Positions 40,235 through 48,879 of a DNA stretch of 62,727 nt are shown here, one piece after another. Below the pieces are notes generated by a model, which searched no databases, was not told the origin of the DNA, and was given only the letters and a program-made list of their open reading frames with translations. The stretch's first letter is position 1. Each line of letters opens with the position of its first letter. Position numbers and translations under genes: made by a program. This stretch comes from Gemmatimonadota bacterium (GTDB lineage: Bacteria > Gemmatimonadota > Gemmatimonadetes > Gemmatimonadales > Gemmatimonadaceae), in the NCBI GenBank assembly GCA_031372565.1, contig JANMLN010000127.1, forward strand, positions 1 to 62,727. The letters are read 5' to 3'.

Positions 40235-41509
40235 TCAGTAGACGAGCATCAGCGGATTCTCGATCATGCGGCGCAGCGTCTGCATGAACCTGGCGCCGAC
40301 CGCGCCATCGATGGCGCGGTGGTCACAGCTCATCGTCACGCGCAGCACGGTGCGGGTACCCAGCGCGCCGTCGACCATGACGACCTGCTCGCTCGCGGTG
40401 CCGATGGCCAGGATGCCGCACTCCGGCGGATTGATGATCGCGGTGAACTGGTCGATGCCGAACATGCCGAGGTTGGACACGGAGAAGGTGGAACCCGTGT
40501 ATTCCTCGGGCTTGAGCTTGCGTTCGCGCGCCTTCCTGGCGAGTTCCTTGGCTTCGCGCGACAGGTCCTTCATGCGCTTCAGGTGCGCGTCGAAGATCAC
40601 CGGCACGATGAGGCCGTCGTCGGTGGCCACGGCCATCCCCAAGTGCACGCGATCGTGCTGGCGGATGCGGTCGCCCAGCCAGTGGCTGTTGACCTCGGGA
40701 TGTTGCGCGAGCGCGGTGGCGACTGCCTTGAGGAGGACGTCGTTCACCGAGACCTTGAAGTCGTCGCCCAGCTCGGCCATCGCGCGGCGGAGCTCCATGA
40801 CCTTCGAAAGGTCGTACTCGGCCGTCAGGAAGAAGGTCGGGATCGGCCCGAGCGACTCGGAGAGCCGCTTGGCGATCGTCTTCCGGATCTGCGTGAGCGG
40901 GATGTCGCGGAAGCCACCGTCGTCCTGAGCGGAGCGAAGGACCTGCTTCTGCGGTTCGCCGACAGGCGAAGCGGCTGGTGAGCTTGCGCCGGCACCGGAG
41001 AGGGCCGCTTCAATGTCCCGCTTGATGATGCGCCCGCCCGGGCCGGAGCCGGCGATGGCGCGGATGTCGAGGCCGGCGTCACCGGCGAGTCGGCGGGCGA
41101 GCGGGGAGGCGCGGTTGAAGGCTGGCGTGTCGCCCGGAGCGGAGGGAGGAGGGAGAAGCGGGTCCTTCGCTTCGCTCAGGACGACGGGGGCGCTCGCGAC
41201 GGGAGGGGGGAGAAGCGGGTCCTTCGCTTCGCTCAGGACGACGCTGGCGGTGACGGCCGAGATGTCCTCACCCGCCGCGCCAATCACGCCGAGCAGCGTA
41301 CCGACGGGTGCGGCCGTCCCCTCGGGCACCAGCCGCTTGAGCAGCACGCCATCCGCGCGGGCGACCAGCTCCATGATCGCCTTGTCGGTCTCGACCTCGG
41401 CGAGCACATCGCCCGACTTCACGACGTCGCCTTCGTTCTTGCTCCACGTCACGAGGCGCCCCTCTTCCATCGTGGGGGAGAGCGCCTCCATCGTCACTTT
41501 CGTCGCCAT
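40235..41509 (-). CDS. pdhC: Pyruvate dehydrogenase E2, one lipoyl domain; linkers contain REP-derived peptides
   Basis: ETDKA lipoyl site, ASPLARRLA...GSGPGGRI binding domain, SNLGM, DHRAIDG. Confidence 0.95.
   Translation of the reverse strand: MATKVTMEALSPTMEEGRLVTWSKNEGDVVKSGDVLAEVETDKAIMELVARADGVLLKRLVPEGTAAPVGTLLGVIGAAGEDISAVTASVVLSEAKDPLLPPPVASAPVVLSEAKDPLLPPPSAPGDTPAFNRASPLARRLAGDAGLDIRAIAGSGPGGRIIKRDIEAALSGAGASSPAASPVGEPQKQVLRSAQDDGGFRDIPLTQIRKTIAKRLSESLGPIPTFFLTAEYDLSKVMELRRAMAELGDDFKVSVNDVLLKAVATALAQHPEVNSHWLGDRIRQHDRVHLGMAVATDDGLIVPVIFDAHLKRMKDLSREAKELARKARERKLKPEEYTGSTFSVSNLGMFGIDQFTAIINPPECGILAIGTASEQVVMVDGALGTRTVLRVTMSCDHRAIDGAVGARFMQTLRRMIENPLMLVY
40919..40950. repeat. REP-like repeat inside pdhC (encodes QKQVLRSAQDD)
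   Basis: GTCGTCCTGAGCGGAGCGAAGGACCTGCTTCT. Confidence 0.9.
41154..41242. repeat. Two tandem REP-like repeats inside pdhC (57-nt period; each encodes VVLSEAKDPLL)
   Basis: AGAAGCGGGTCCTTCGCTTCGCTCAGGACGAC at 41154 and 41211. Confidence 0.92.
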
Positions 41510-41546
41510 CAGCAGTCCCTGGTGTCGGCCGGCCGCATGGGCGGGC

Positions 41547-42530
41547 TCAGTCGAGGTAGCACACGGCGCGCACCGCCTTCACCGTCTTGGCGAGGTCGGG
41601 CTTTGCGGCCTTTTCGAGCGACTTCGTGTACGGCATCGGCGTATCGGCCTGATGCACGCGGATGATCGGCGCATCGAGGCTGTCGAAACATTCGCGCTGG
41701 ATGTAGTCGACCACCTGCGCCCCCATGCCGCAGACTTCCCACCCTTCCTCGAGCACCACGGCGCGGTTGGTCTTCATGACCGTGGCCACGATCGCGGGGA
41801 CATCCATCGGGCGCAGCGTCCGCAGGTCGAGCACTTCGACCTGCACGCCGTCCTTTGCCAGCACGTCGGCGGCCTGGAGCGCCACGTTCACCATCTTGCC
41901 GTAGCTGATGATCGAGGCGTCGGTCCCGGCGCGCTTCACTTCAGCCTTGCCGAGCGGAATGACGTAGTCGGCGCTGTCGGGGACTTCGCCCTTCACGTTG
42001 TAGAGCATCTCCCCTTCGAGCACCATCACCGGATTGTCGTCGCGAATGGCCGCCTTGAGCAGGCCCTTGGCGTCGGCCGGTGTGCCCGGTGCCACGACCT
42101 TGAGTCCCGGGATGTGCGCGAGCCACGACTCCCACGCCTGCGAGTGCTGCGCGCCCAACTGCAGCGCGGCGCCGTTGGGCCCGCGGAAGACCATCGGCAT
42201 GTTGAACTGGCCGCCCGACATGTAGAGCATCTTGGCGGCCGCGTTGACGACCTGGTCGAGCGCCAACAGCGCGAAGTTCCAGGTCATGAACTCGATGATC
42301 GGACGCAGTCCCACCATGGCGGCTCCCACGCCGACGCCGGCGAAGCCGAGTTCGGTGATGGGGGTGTCGACCACGCGCATCTCGCCGAACTCCTGCAGGA
42401 GTCCCTTGGACACCTTGTATGCGCCCTGATAGACGGCGACTTCCTCGCCCATGAGGAAGACGCGATCGTCGCGCCGCATCTCCTCGCGGAGGGCGAGGTT
42501 GAGGGCATCGCGATAGGTCATGATGGCCAT
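41547..42530 (-). CDS. pdhB: Pyruvate dehydrogenase E1 beta
   Basis: GEEVAVYQGAYKVS, DTPITE, EFMTWNF, GAQHSQ. Confidence 0.95.
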   Translation of the reverse strand: MAIMTYRDALNLALREEMRRDDRVFLMGEEVAVYQGAYKVSKGLLQEFGEMRVVDTPITELGFAGVGVGAAMVGLRPIIEFMTWNFALLALDQVVNAAAKMLYMSGGQFNMPMVFRGPNGAALQLGAQHSQAWESWLAHIPGLKVVAPGTPADAKGLLKAAIRDDNPVMVLEGEMLYNVKGEVPDSADYVIPLGKAEVKRAGTDASIISYGKMVNVALQAADVLAKDGVQVEVLDLRTLRPMDVPAIVATVMKTNRAVVLEEGWEVCGMGAQVVDYIQRECFDSLDAPIIRVHQADTPMPYTKSLEKAAKPDLAKTVKAVRAVCYLD

Positions 42531-42539
42531 GGCGCCCTC

Positions 42540-43559
42540 CTACCGGTGCGCGGCGTCGGCCGCGTCGCTCGTGGTATCCACCAGCACATCCTCGTAGAGC
42601 GCTTCCGGCGGGAGTTCGGGGCTCGCATCGGCAAAGTCCCAGGCGTCCTGCACTTCGGCCTTGATCTCGGCGTCCAGCGCGGCCACTTCGTCTTCGCTCA
42701 TCTCGCCGGCTTCCTGCATGCGGGCGCGGAGCAGCGTGATCGGGTCACGCTTGAGATACTGGTCCAGCTCGGCCTTGGTGCGATAGGTGCCGCTCACCGC
42801 ATCGGACATCGAGTGACCCATGAAGCGATAGGTGCGCACCTCGAGCAGGGTGGGGGTCCCCTGCGTGCGCGCGCGGTCCACGGCGCGCGCCACCACGTCG
42901 CGCACGGCAAACACGTCCTGCCCGTCCACGACATCGCGTGCCATGTCGTAGCTGCCGGCGCGCTCGTAGATGTCGTGAATCGAGGCCGCCCGCTCGATCG
43001 CGGTGCCCATGCCGTAGCGGTTGTTCTCGATGATGTAGATGACCGGCAGCTTCCAGAGCGCGGCCATGTTGGCGGCTTCGTGGAAGGCGCCGTTGTTGAT
43101 CGCGGCCTCGCCGAAGAAGCAGGCGATGACCTGATCGCCACCGCGATACTTGATGGCGAAGCCGACGCCGGTCGCGATCGGGATGTGCCCGCCGACGATG
43201 CCGTGGCCCCCGAGAAAGTTGCGCGACTTGTCGAACAGGTGCATCGAGCCACCCTTGCCGCGCGCGCAGCCGTCCGAGCGGCCGAAGAGCTCGGCCATGA
43301 TCGACCGCGGCGACATCCCGCGCGCGAGCGCTTGCCCGTGGTCGCGATACGTGGTGATCACGTAGTCATCGGGGCGGAGCATCGAGAGCGTGCCCGTGCT
43401 GACCGCCTCCTGTCCGATGTACAGATGGCAGAAGCCGCCGATCTTGCCGAGCGCGTAGGCCTCGGCGCAGCGCTCCTCGAAGCGGCGCTGCAGGAGCATC
43501 GAGCGAAGCAACTCGCGATTGAGCTGCGCGGAGGCGGGGTCGGTCTTCTTGCGGGCCAT
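42540..43559 (-). CDS. pdhA: Pyruvate dehydrogenase E1 alpha
   Basis: IGGFCHLYIGQEA, TYRDH, GKGGSMH, ENNRY, TYRFMGHSMSD; ATG overlaps the lipA stop. Confidence 0.95.
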   Translation of the reverse strand: MARKKTDPASAQLNRELLRSMLLQRRFEERCAEAYALGKIGGFCHLYIGQEAVSTGTLSMLRPDDYVITTYRDHGQALARGMSPRSIMAELFGRSDGCARGKGGSMHLFDKSRNFLGGHGIVGGHIPIATGVGFAIKYRGGDQVIACFFGEAAINNGAFHEAANMAALWKLPVIYIIENNRYGMGTAIERAASIHDIYERAGSYDMARDVVDGQDVFAVRDVVARAVDRARTQGTPTLLEVRTYRFMGHSMSDAVSGTYRTKAELDQYLKRDPITLLRARMQEAGEMSEDEVAALDAEIKAEVQDAWDFADASPELPPEALYEDVLVDTTSDAADAAHR

Positions 43560-44485
43560 CAGGCGGTGCTCCCGGAGGCGACGCCCGCGGCCTGCACCTG
43601 CTCCCACGCATGGTAGGAGGAGCGCACGAGCGGGCCGGATTCGACGTGCTTGAAGCCCATGGCGTGGCCTTCGCGGCGGAACATGGCGAAGTCGTCGGGG
43701 GTCACGTAGCGATCGAGTGCGATGTGGTCATCCGATGGGCGGAGGTATTGCCCGAGGGTGAGGATGTCGACGTCGACGGTGCGCAGTTCACGCATCGTGA
43801 CGAGCACTTCCTCGTTGGTTTCGCCCATGCCAAGGATGATGCCCGTCTTGGTCGGGATGTCCGGGGCGATGCGCTTGGCGGTGCGGAAGATCTCGAGCAC
43901 ACGCTCGTACCGACCGCCCGGACGCGCCTTCTTGTAGAGGCGCGGGACGGTTTCGGTGTTGTGGTTGTAGATGTCGGGGCGCGCCTCGAGAACGGTGCGA
44001 ATCGAGTCGACGTTGCCCTGAAAGTCGGGCACGAGGACTTCGACCGAGGCCTCGGGGTTGTCGGCCTTGATCGCCTTGATCGTTTCGGCGAAGGCCCAGG
44101 CGCCAAAGTCGGGCAGATCGTCGCGATCAACCGAGGTGAGCACGACGTGGCGGAGCTGCATGCGCGTGGCGGCTTCGGCCACGCGCGCGGGCTCGGCCGG
44201 ATCGTACTTGGGTGGACGTCCGTGCGACACCGCGCAGTAGGCGCAGTTGCGGGTGCAGACGTCGCCCAGAATCATGAAGGTGGCGGTGCCGTGTTCCCAG
44301 CACTCGCCGACGTTGGGGCAGCGGGCCTCTTCGCAGACCGTGTTGAGGTCGAGCTCGCGCATCATCTGCTTGAGGCGCAGGTAGTTCGGACCACCCGGCG
44401 CGCGCACCTTGAGCCAAGGCGGCTTTCGCTCGGGCAGCGGCTCGGCGCGGTGCCGGCCGAGGATCTGATAGAGGGTATCGGTCAT
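43559..44485 (-). CDS. lipA: Lipoyl synthase
   Basis: CEEARCPNVGEC, CTRNCAYC, RSSY. Confidence 0.97.
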   Translation of the reverse strand: MTDTLYQILGRHRAEPLPERKPPWLKVRAPGGPNYLRLKQMMRELDLNTVCEEARCPNVGECWEHGTATFMILGDVCTRNCAYCAVSHGRPPKYDPAEPARVAEAATRMQLRHVVLTSVDRDDLPDFGAWAFAETIKAIKADNPEASVEVLVPDFQGNVDSIRTVLEARPDIYNHNTETVPRLYKKARPGGRYERVLEIFRTAKRIAPDIPTKTGIILGMGETNEEVLVTMRELRTVDVDILTLGQYLRPSDDHIALDRYVTPDDFAMFRREGHAMGFKHVESGPLVRSSYHAWEQVQAAGVASGSTA

Positions 44486-44558
44486 GGGCGAGTGGAGAAG
44501 ATATCGGCCGACGGGCGCCGAAGAAGTCCGAAGTAACCTTCTATTATTATCTAGACGG

Positions 44559-45671
44559 TTACTTGAAACGATCGGGGCGAAACGGGGTCAGATCCCACGC
44601 CGGGACCTTGCCTGTCACCCAGTCGGCGACCGCGGCGGCCGTCATCGGAGCGAGGAGGATGCCGTTGCGGGAGTGGCCTGTGGCATGGATCAACGCGGGC
44701 CAGTCGGGGTCCGGGCCCATGATGGGCAAGAAGTCCGGGGTGACGGGGCGCAGTCCGGCCCAATGGGAGTCGGGCTCGACGTTGGTCAGTGCCGGCAGGA
44801 AGGCGGCGACCGCCTCGTGCAGGGAGCGACGCGCGGTGGCGGTCGTGGTCGGGTCGAAGCCGACACGGTCCATGGTGGCGCCGACGATCGTGCGACCGCC
44901 CGGGCGCGGGACCACGTACGCGCCGGGTCCGTAGATGCAGCGGCTGGTGACGGCCACCGGGAAGCCGATCATCTCGCCACGCACTGGTTCGATCGGAAGC
45001 GTGCGAGGGAGCCCGGTCAGATGGGGTGACCAGGCGCCAGCGGCGACGACGGCCGAGGCGGCGTCATGCGACTGGCCGTCGCGGGTGCGAACGCGGACGC
45101 CTGCGGTGGGGCCGATGGCGGTGCGTTCGACGCCTGCGGCTGGGCCGGCGCGAGTCAGGCGGCGGTCGGTGCTGGGCGCGTGAAGCGCCGCGTGATCGAG
45201 TGCGTGATCGAGTGCCCGCAGCAGCGCGACGTTGTCCACGGCGCCATCGAGGAGGTGGAGCACGCCGCCGAGTGGGGCGACGAGTCCGGCTTCGAGCTCG
45301 GCGAGCGCGGACGCACCCTGCCAGTGCGGCTGTCCGGGGGCGGGGGCGCGTTGGGCGCTGGCTTCGGCGTCGTCGTGGCTCAGCGCGATGATGCCCGCCC
45401 GCGAGAGGGCCACCGGCACCGGACTCAACTCGGCCAGCGCGGCGAGATACGCTGGCCAGAGGTCGCGACCCGCGATGAAGAGGCGTGTAGCCGGGCTGTC
45501 GGCGCCTTCGGTGATCGGGGCCAGCATGCCGGCGCCAGCGGGGGACGACTCGCCGGGTTCGCGTGTGTCGAAGAGCGTCACCGAGAGCCCGCGCCTCACG
45601 CAGGCGAGCGCAACCGCCCGGCCGATGAGGCCGCCGCCGATCACGGCCACGTCAGCCGTTCGCGCCGTCAT
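44559..45671 (-). CDS. Glycine oxidase ThiO-like FAD-dependent oxidoreductase
   Basis: GGGLIG, AGAGMLAP, WAGLRP, TGHSRNGILLAP. Confidence 0.85.
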   Translation of the reverse strand: MTARTADVAVIGGGLIGRAVALACVRRGLSVTLFDTREPGESSPAGAGMLAPITEGADSPATRLFIAGRDLWPAYLAALAELSPVPVALSRAGIIALSHDDAEASAQRAPAPGQPHWQGASALAELEAGLVAPLGGVLHLLDGAVDNVALLRALDHALDHAALHAPSTDRRLTRAGPAAGVERTAIGPTAGVRVRTRDGQSHDAASAVVAAGAWSPHLTGLPRTLPIEPVRGEMIGFPVAVTSRCIYGPGAYVVPRPGGRTIVGATMDRVGFDPTTTATARRSLHEAVAAFLPALTNVEPDSHWAGLRPVTPDFLPIMGPDPDWPALIHATGHSRNGILLAPMTAAAVADWVTGKVPAWDLTPFRPDRFK

Positions 45672-45737
45672 GCCGGTGAAACTCCGGCGAGGGGCGTTCC
45701 GTAGAGACCAGCGTCACCGTACCAACGAGGCTTCGCT

Positions 45738-45965
45738 ATGCTGCGCACCATTTTTACCATCGGATTGTTCGCCCTGCTCGGGCTGTTCGCACTCAAGCTC
45801 GTGTTCGGCATCCTGGGCGGGCTGTTCGGCCTGTTCTTCGTGCTGCTCGGGGTGGCGATCAAGATCGCGATCGTGGGCGGGGCCGTGTACCTCGTGATCC
45901 GGATCGTGAGTCCGTCGACTGCCAGGCAGTTGCGCAACAAGTTCTCCGGCAGCACCGTCGTGTAA
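45738..45965 (+). CDS. Small hydrophobic membrane protein
   Basis: GAGG RBS, long hydrophobic stretch, downstream hairpin. Confidence 0.75.
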   Translation: MLRTIFTIGLFALLGLFALKLVFGILGGLFGLFFVLLGVAIKIAIVGGAVYLVIRIVSPSTARQLRNKFSGSTVV

Positions 45966-45990
45966 GGTCGCCGCGGGACACCGAACGTGT

Positions 45991-46026
45991 CACGGGGGGC
46001 CGGCTCAGGTGAGCCGGCCCCCCGTG
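45991..46026. terminator. Hairpin between convergent genes
   Basis: CACGGGGGGCCGGCTC-AGGT-GAGCCGGCCCCCCGTG perfect 16-bp stem. Confidence 0.7.
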
Positions 46027-46075
46027 GTTGTCTCCCCAGCTTGCTGACGGCGTGGCTTGCGCGGCTTTGTCGAGG

Positions 46076-46107
46076 AGAAGCAGGTCCTTCGCTTCGCTCA
46101 GGACGAC
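46076..46107. repeat. REP-like repeat
   Basis: AGAAGCAGGTCCTTCGCTTCGCTCAGGACGAC. Confidence 0.9.
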
Positions 46108-46117
46108 GGGGGTGGTG

Positions 46118-46876
46118 TTACCCCTGCACCCGGCTCGCCGCCTCGCGCAACTCGGCGCGCTTCCCCCACGCCCACTTGCCGAGCTTCACCCCATCGCGCC
46201 AGGCATCCCGCCGCGTCTCGCGCGGGCGCAGGTCGTAGCGCGGCGTCACACTCACGGTCTCGATGCGCTTGGTGTGCGGCAGCGTTGCGGCGAGCAGCTC
46301 CAGGTTCGCGGCCCACGCATCGCCGGACACCAGCGGCTTGTCGCCCGCAGCGCGGACCATGTCCTTCACGACCGCCACGCGCATCAGCCGCATCGTCGCG
46401 AACGGATCACGCACGCCGGCGAACTGCACAACAGGGCGCAACAGCCACGGTGCCGCCTTGCGCAACCGACGCACGGCCTGCGGCGCACCCGCGATCTCCT
46501 CGCGCTCGGCGAGAATCACGTCGGCGCCGCCCTCGAACCGCCTCGCGAGTTCGGGGATGTTGAGCGGCTGGTCGGTCAGGTCGCCCTCGAGCAGCACGAG
46601 CGCGTCACGGCGGGCATAGCGGGCGGTGCGGGCCACGTGACGGAAGAGCGCGTCGACGGCGTGCGCATAGCCGCGGGGCGTGGTGTCGCCAATGACGGTG
46701 AGCGGGAGGACCTCGGCGTACGGTGCCAGCACCTCGCGGGTCGCATCCGTCGAGCAGTCGTCGTAGACAACCACCTGAAAGTCGCGCGCGTACTCCCGGA
46801 ACACCTTGCGGATGGACCAGAGGAGGACGCCCACGGTCGGGGCTTCGTCGCGGACGGGGATGCAGAGGTGGAGCAC
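46118..46876 (-). CDS. Glycosyltransferase family 2 protein
   Basis: CIPVRDE, VVYDDCSTD, GYAHAV, LEGDL, GADVI. Confidence 0.8.
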   Translation of the reverse strand: MLHLCIPVRDEAPTVGVLLWSIRKVFREYARDFQVVVYDDCSTDATREVLAPYAEVLPLTVIGDTTPRGYAHAVDALFRHVARTARYARRDALVLLEGDLTDQPLNIPELARRFEGGADVILAEREEIAGAPQAVRRLRKAAPWLLRPVVQFAGVRDPFATMRLMRVAVVKDMVRAAGDKPLVSGDAWAANLELLAATLPHTKRIETVSVTPRYDLRPRETRRDAWRDGVKLGKWAWGKRAELREAASRVQG

Positions 46877-46892
46877 GGAGGGAGGGCGGGAG

Positions 46893-46961
46893 AGAAGCAG
46901 GTCCTTCGCTGCGCTCAGGATGACTGCGGAGAAGCAGGTCCCTCGCTGCGCTCAGGATGAC
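46893..46961. repeat. Two tandem REP-like repeats (37-nt period)
   Basis: AGAAGCAGGTCCTTCGCTGCGCTCAGGATGAC and AGAAGCAGGTCCCTCGCTGCGCTCAGGATGAC. Confidence 0.9.
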
Positions 46962-47011
46962 TCCGGGAAGGTATGCGCCCTCGCCTCTCCCCGGCACCGG
47001 GGCGGGAGCGA

Positions 47012-47040
47012 TTGCCCGCCCGCGCGACGGCCGATAGCAT
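47012..47040 (+). promoter_or_regulatory. Sigma70-type promoter, leaderless configuration
   Basis: TTGCCC-17 bp-TAGCAT-6 nt-ATG. Confidence 0.55.
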
Positions 47041-47046
47041 GGCCAG

Positions 47047-48654
47047 ATGCCCATCTTCTCTCGCTTTCCGCGGCGCTCCCGAGCGCCCCGCGCGACCGCC
47101 GTGCTCGGTGTCGCCCTCAGCGTCACGCTCACCGCCTGTGCCTCGAGCGGATCGAGCGTCGGCGCCGGCGCGTCGACCCCCGCCGGCATCGCGCCTACGG
47201 CCGACGAACTCCGCCGCGATCTCTACGCGTTTGCCGATGACTCGATGCGCGGTCGCGAATCGGGAACGCCGGACCAGGTGCGCGCGGCCGCCTTTCTGGC
47301 CGACCGGATCAAGGCGCTCGGGCTCGAACCCGCCGGCGACTCCGGCTACTTCCAGCGCGTACCGCTCACGCGGTCGGAGTTGAGCAAGGAGACCAGCGTC
47401 GTGGTGACGCTCCCCAACGGCACCGCGCGCGCCTTGGCCGTGGGCGCCGAGGTGGCCCCGGCGGCGTCGCTGGGCGGTGGTGGTGGGCCTGCGCCCAAGC
47501 GTTTTGCCGACGCCGAGATGGTGTTCGCGCAGTACGGCATCGCGAACAAGAAGATGGAGCGCGATGACTTTGCGGGCATCGACGCGAAGGGGAAGATCCT
47601 CGTGATGGTCCTCGACGCGCCGGCCACCGCCGATGCCGACCAGAAGACGATGTACGCGGGTCCCAACGGGATCACCGGGCGCGTGCAACGCGCGATCCAG
47701 ATGGGTGCGGCCGGCATGGTGATTGTCTGCATGGGCAAGGGCGCCGACGTGTACGGTCCGGCGTCGACGCAGTTCCTGCACTCGGTGACCGCGCGCGACA
47801 CCTCGCGCGTGCCCTCCGAGGACGAGCGCCCGCTGCCGGCCATCGTGTTCGCGTCCGAAGCGGCCGCCTCGGCGCTCGTGCCAGCTGGTTGGCCTGCCAA
47901 GCCGACGGCGCAGTATGCCCCCGGCACGCGGATGCGCATCAAGGTGGTGAGCACACGTACACAGGTGACTGACTACAACGTGGTCGGGATCGTGCGCGGG
48001 TCGGACGCCGCGATGGCCAGGACGTACGTGGCCGTTGGCGCACACCTCGATCATGATGGCATCCGCTCGGGCCAGTCGCCCGACTCGATTGCGAACGGTG
48101 CAGACGACGACGGCTCGGGCAGCGTGTCGGCGCTCGCGATTGCGCGCGCCGCGGTGCAGGGGCCGCGCACCAGGCGGTCGTGGCTCTTCGTGTGGCACAC
48201 GGCCGAAGAGAAGGGGTTGCTCGGCTCGGACTACTTCGCATCGAACCCGACCGTTCCGATGGATTCGATCGTGGCGCAGTTGAACGCCGACATGGTCGGC
48301 CGCAACGGTGACGACTCGTTGTACATCGTCGGTCCGGTGTCGGCGCCCAAGTCGCAGAGCGTGCTGCTCGGCACGATCGCCGATTCGGTGAATGCCGCGA
48401 TGCCGCGGCCCTTCACGATCGATCGCAGCTTCGATTCGCCCACGCATCCCGAGCGGATCTACTTCCGCAGTGACCACTACAACTACGCGAAGAAGGGAGT
48501 GCCCATCCTGTTCTTCACGTCGGGGCTGCACGCGGACTACCACAAGGTGAGCGATTCGCCGGAGAAGATCGCGTATCCGAAGATGGCGCGCGTGGCCACC
48601 TTCATCTGGCAGGTGGGGCTCGCGGTCGGGAATCGGATGACCCGCCCGAAGTAG
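47047..48654 (+). CDS. M28 family metallopeptidase lipoprotein with PA-like insert
   Basis: LTAC lipobox, GAHLDH, NGADDDGSG, AEEKGLLGS, NADM, RSDH, DYH. Confidence 0.92.
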   Translation: MPIFSRFPRRSRAPRATAVLGVALSVTLTACASSGSSVGAGASTPAGIAPTADELRRDLYAFADDSMRGRESGTPDQVRAAAFLADRIKALGLEPAGDSGYFQRVPLTRSELSKETSVVVTLPNGTARALAVGAEVAPAASLGGGGGPAPKRFADAEMVFAQYGIANKKMERDDFAGIDAKGKILVMVLDAPATADADQKTMYAGPNGITGRVQRAIQMGAAGMVIVCMGKGADVYGPASTQFLHSVTARDTSRVPSEDERPLPAIVFASEAAASALVPAGWPAKPTAQYAPGTRMRIKVVSTRTQVTDYNVVGIVRGSDAAMARTYVAVGAHLDHDGIRSGQSPDSIANGADDDGSGSVSALAIARAAVQGPRTRRSWLFVWHTAEEKGLLGSDYFASNPTVPMDSIVAQLNADMVGRNGDDSLYIVGPVSAPKSQSVLLGTIADSVNAAMPRPFTIDRSFDSPTHPERIYFRSDHYNYAKKGVPILFFTSGLHADYHKVSDSPEKIAYPKMARVATFIWQVGLAVGNRMTRPK

Positions 48655-48676
48655 CGGGCACGTTGGACAGACGATG

Positions 48677-48708
48677 GAGGGCGGCGCGCCGAGTGGTGCG
48701 CCGCCCTC
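48677..48708 (+). terminator. Hairpin after M28 peptidase
   Basis: GAGGGCGGCGCGCC-GAGT-GGTGCGCCGCCCTC. Confidence 0.6.
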
Positions 48709-48793
48709 TGTGCGTCTGGCACTCAACGGCAGCGAGTGCTAATGAGCCGATTGCACGCGGAACTCATGTCTGGCACGCAGGGTTCGATATCCT

Positions 48794-48809
48794 AGGCATG
48801 ACCCTTGCA
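48794..48809 (+). promoter_or_regulatory. Sigma54 -24/-12 promoter candidate
   Basis: AGGCATGACCCTTGCA: GG-N10-GC with TTGCA. Confidence 0.5.
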
Positions 48810-48879
48810 CTGTGATGGTGTTGATGTTGTTGCTGATGTGAGTGCGGCAGGTCACCTCCACCGATGAGGGAACGAGCCC

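Noticed and set aside
43090..43125. PdhA thiamine-diphosphate motif reads GEAA instead of GDGA
   Set aside because: Glu occurs at this position in other E1-alpha enzymes and the other motifs are intact
36674..46563. Short ORFs containing LSEAKDL, PSLRSG or VLRFAQDD outside pdhC (e.g. 36674..37303, 45987..46238, 46057..46563)
   Set aside because: Spurious translations of intergenic repeat copies, overlapping real genes on the opposite strand
36705..46961. CRISPR array or integron attC cassettes
   Set aside because: Copies are dispersed, in both orientations and without regular spacers; no cas or integrase gene, and no attC core boxes recognised
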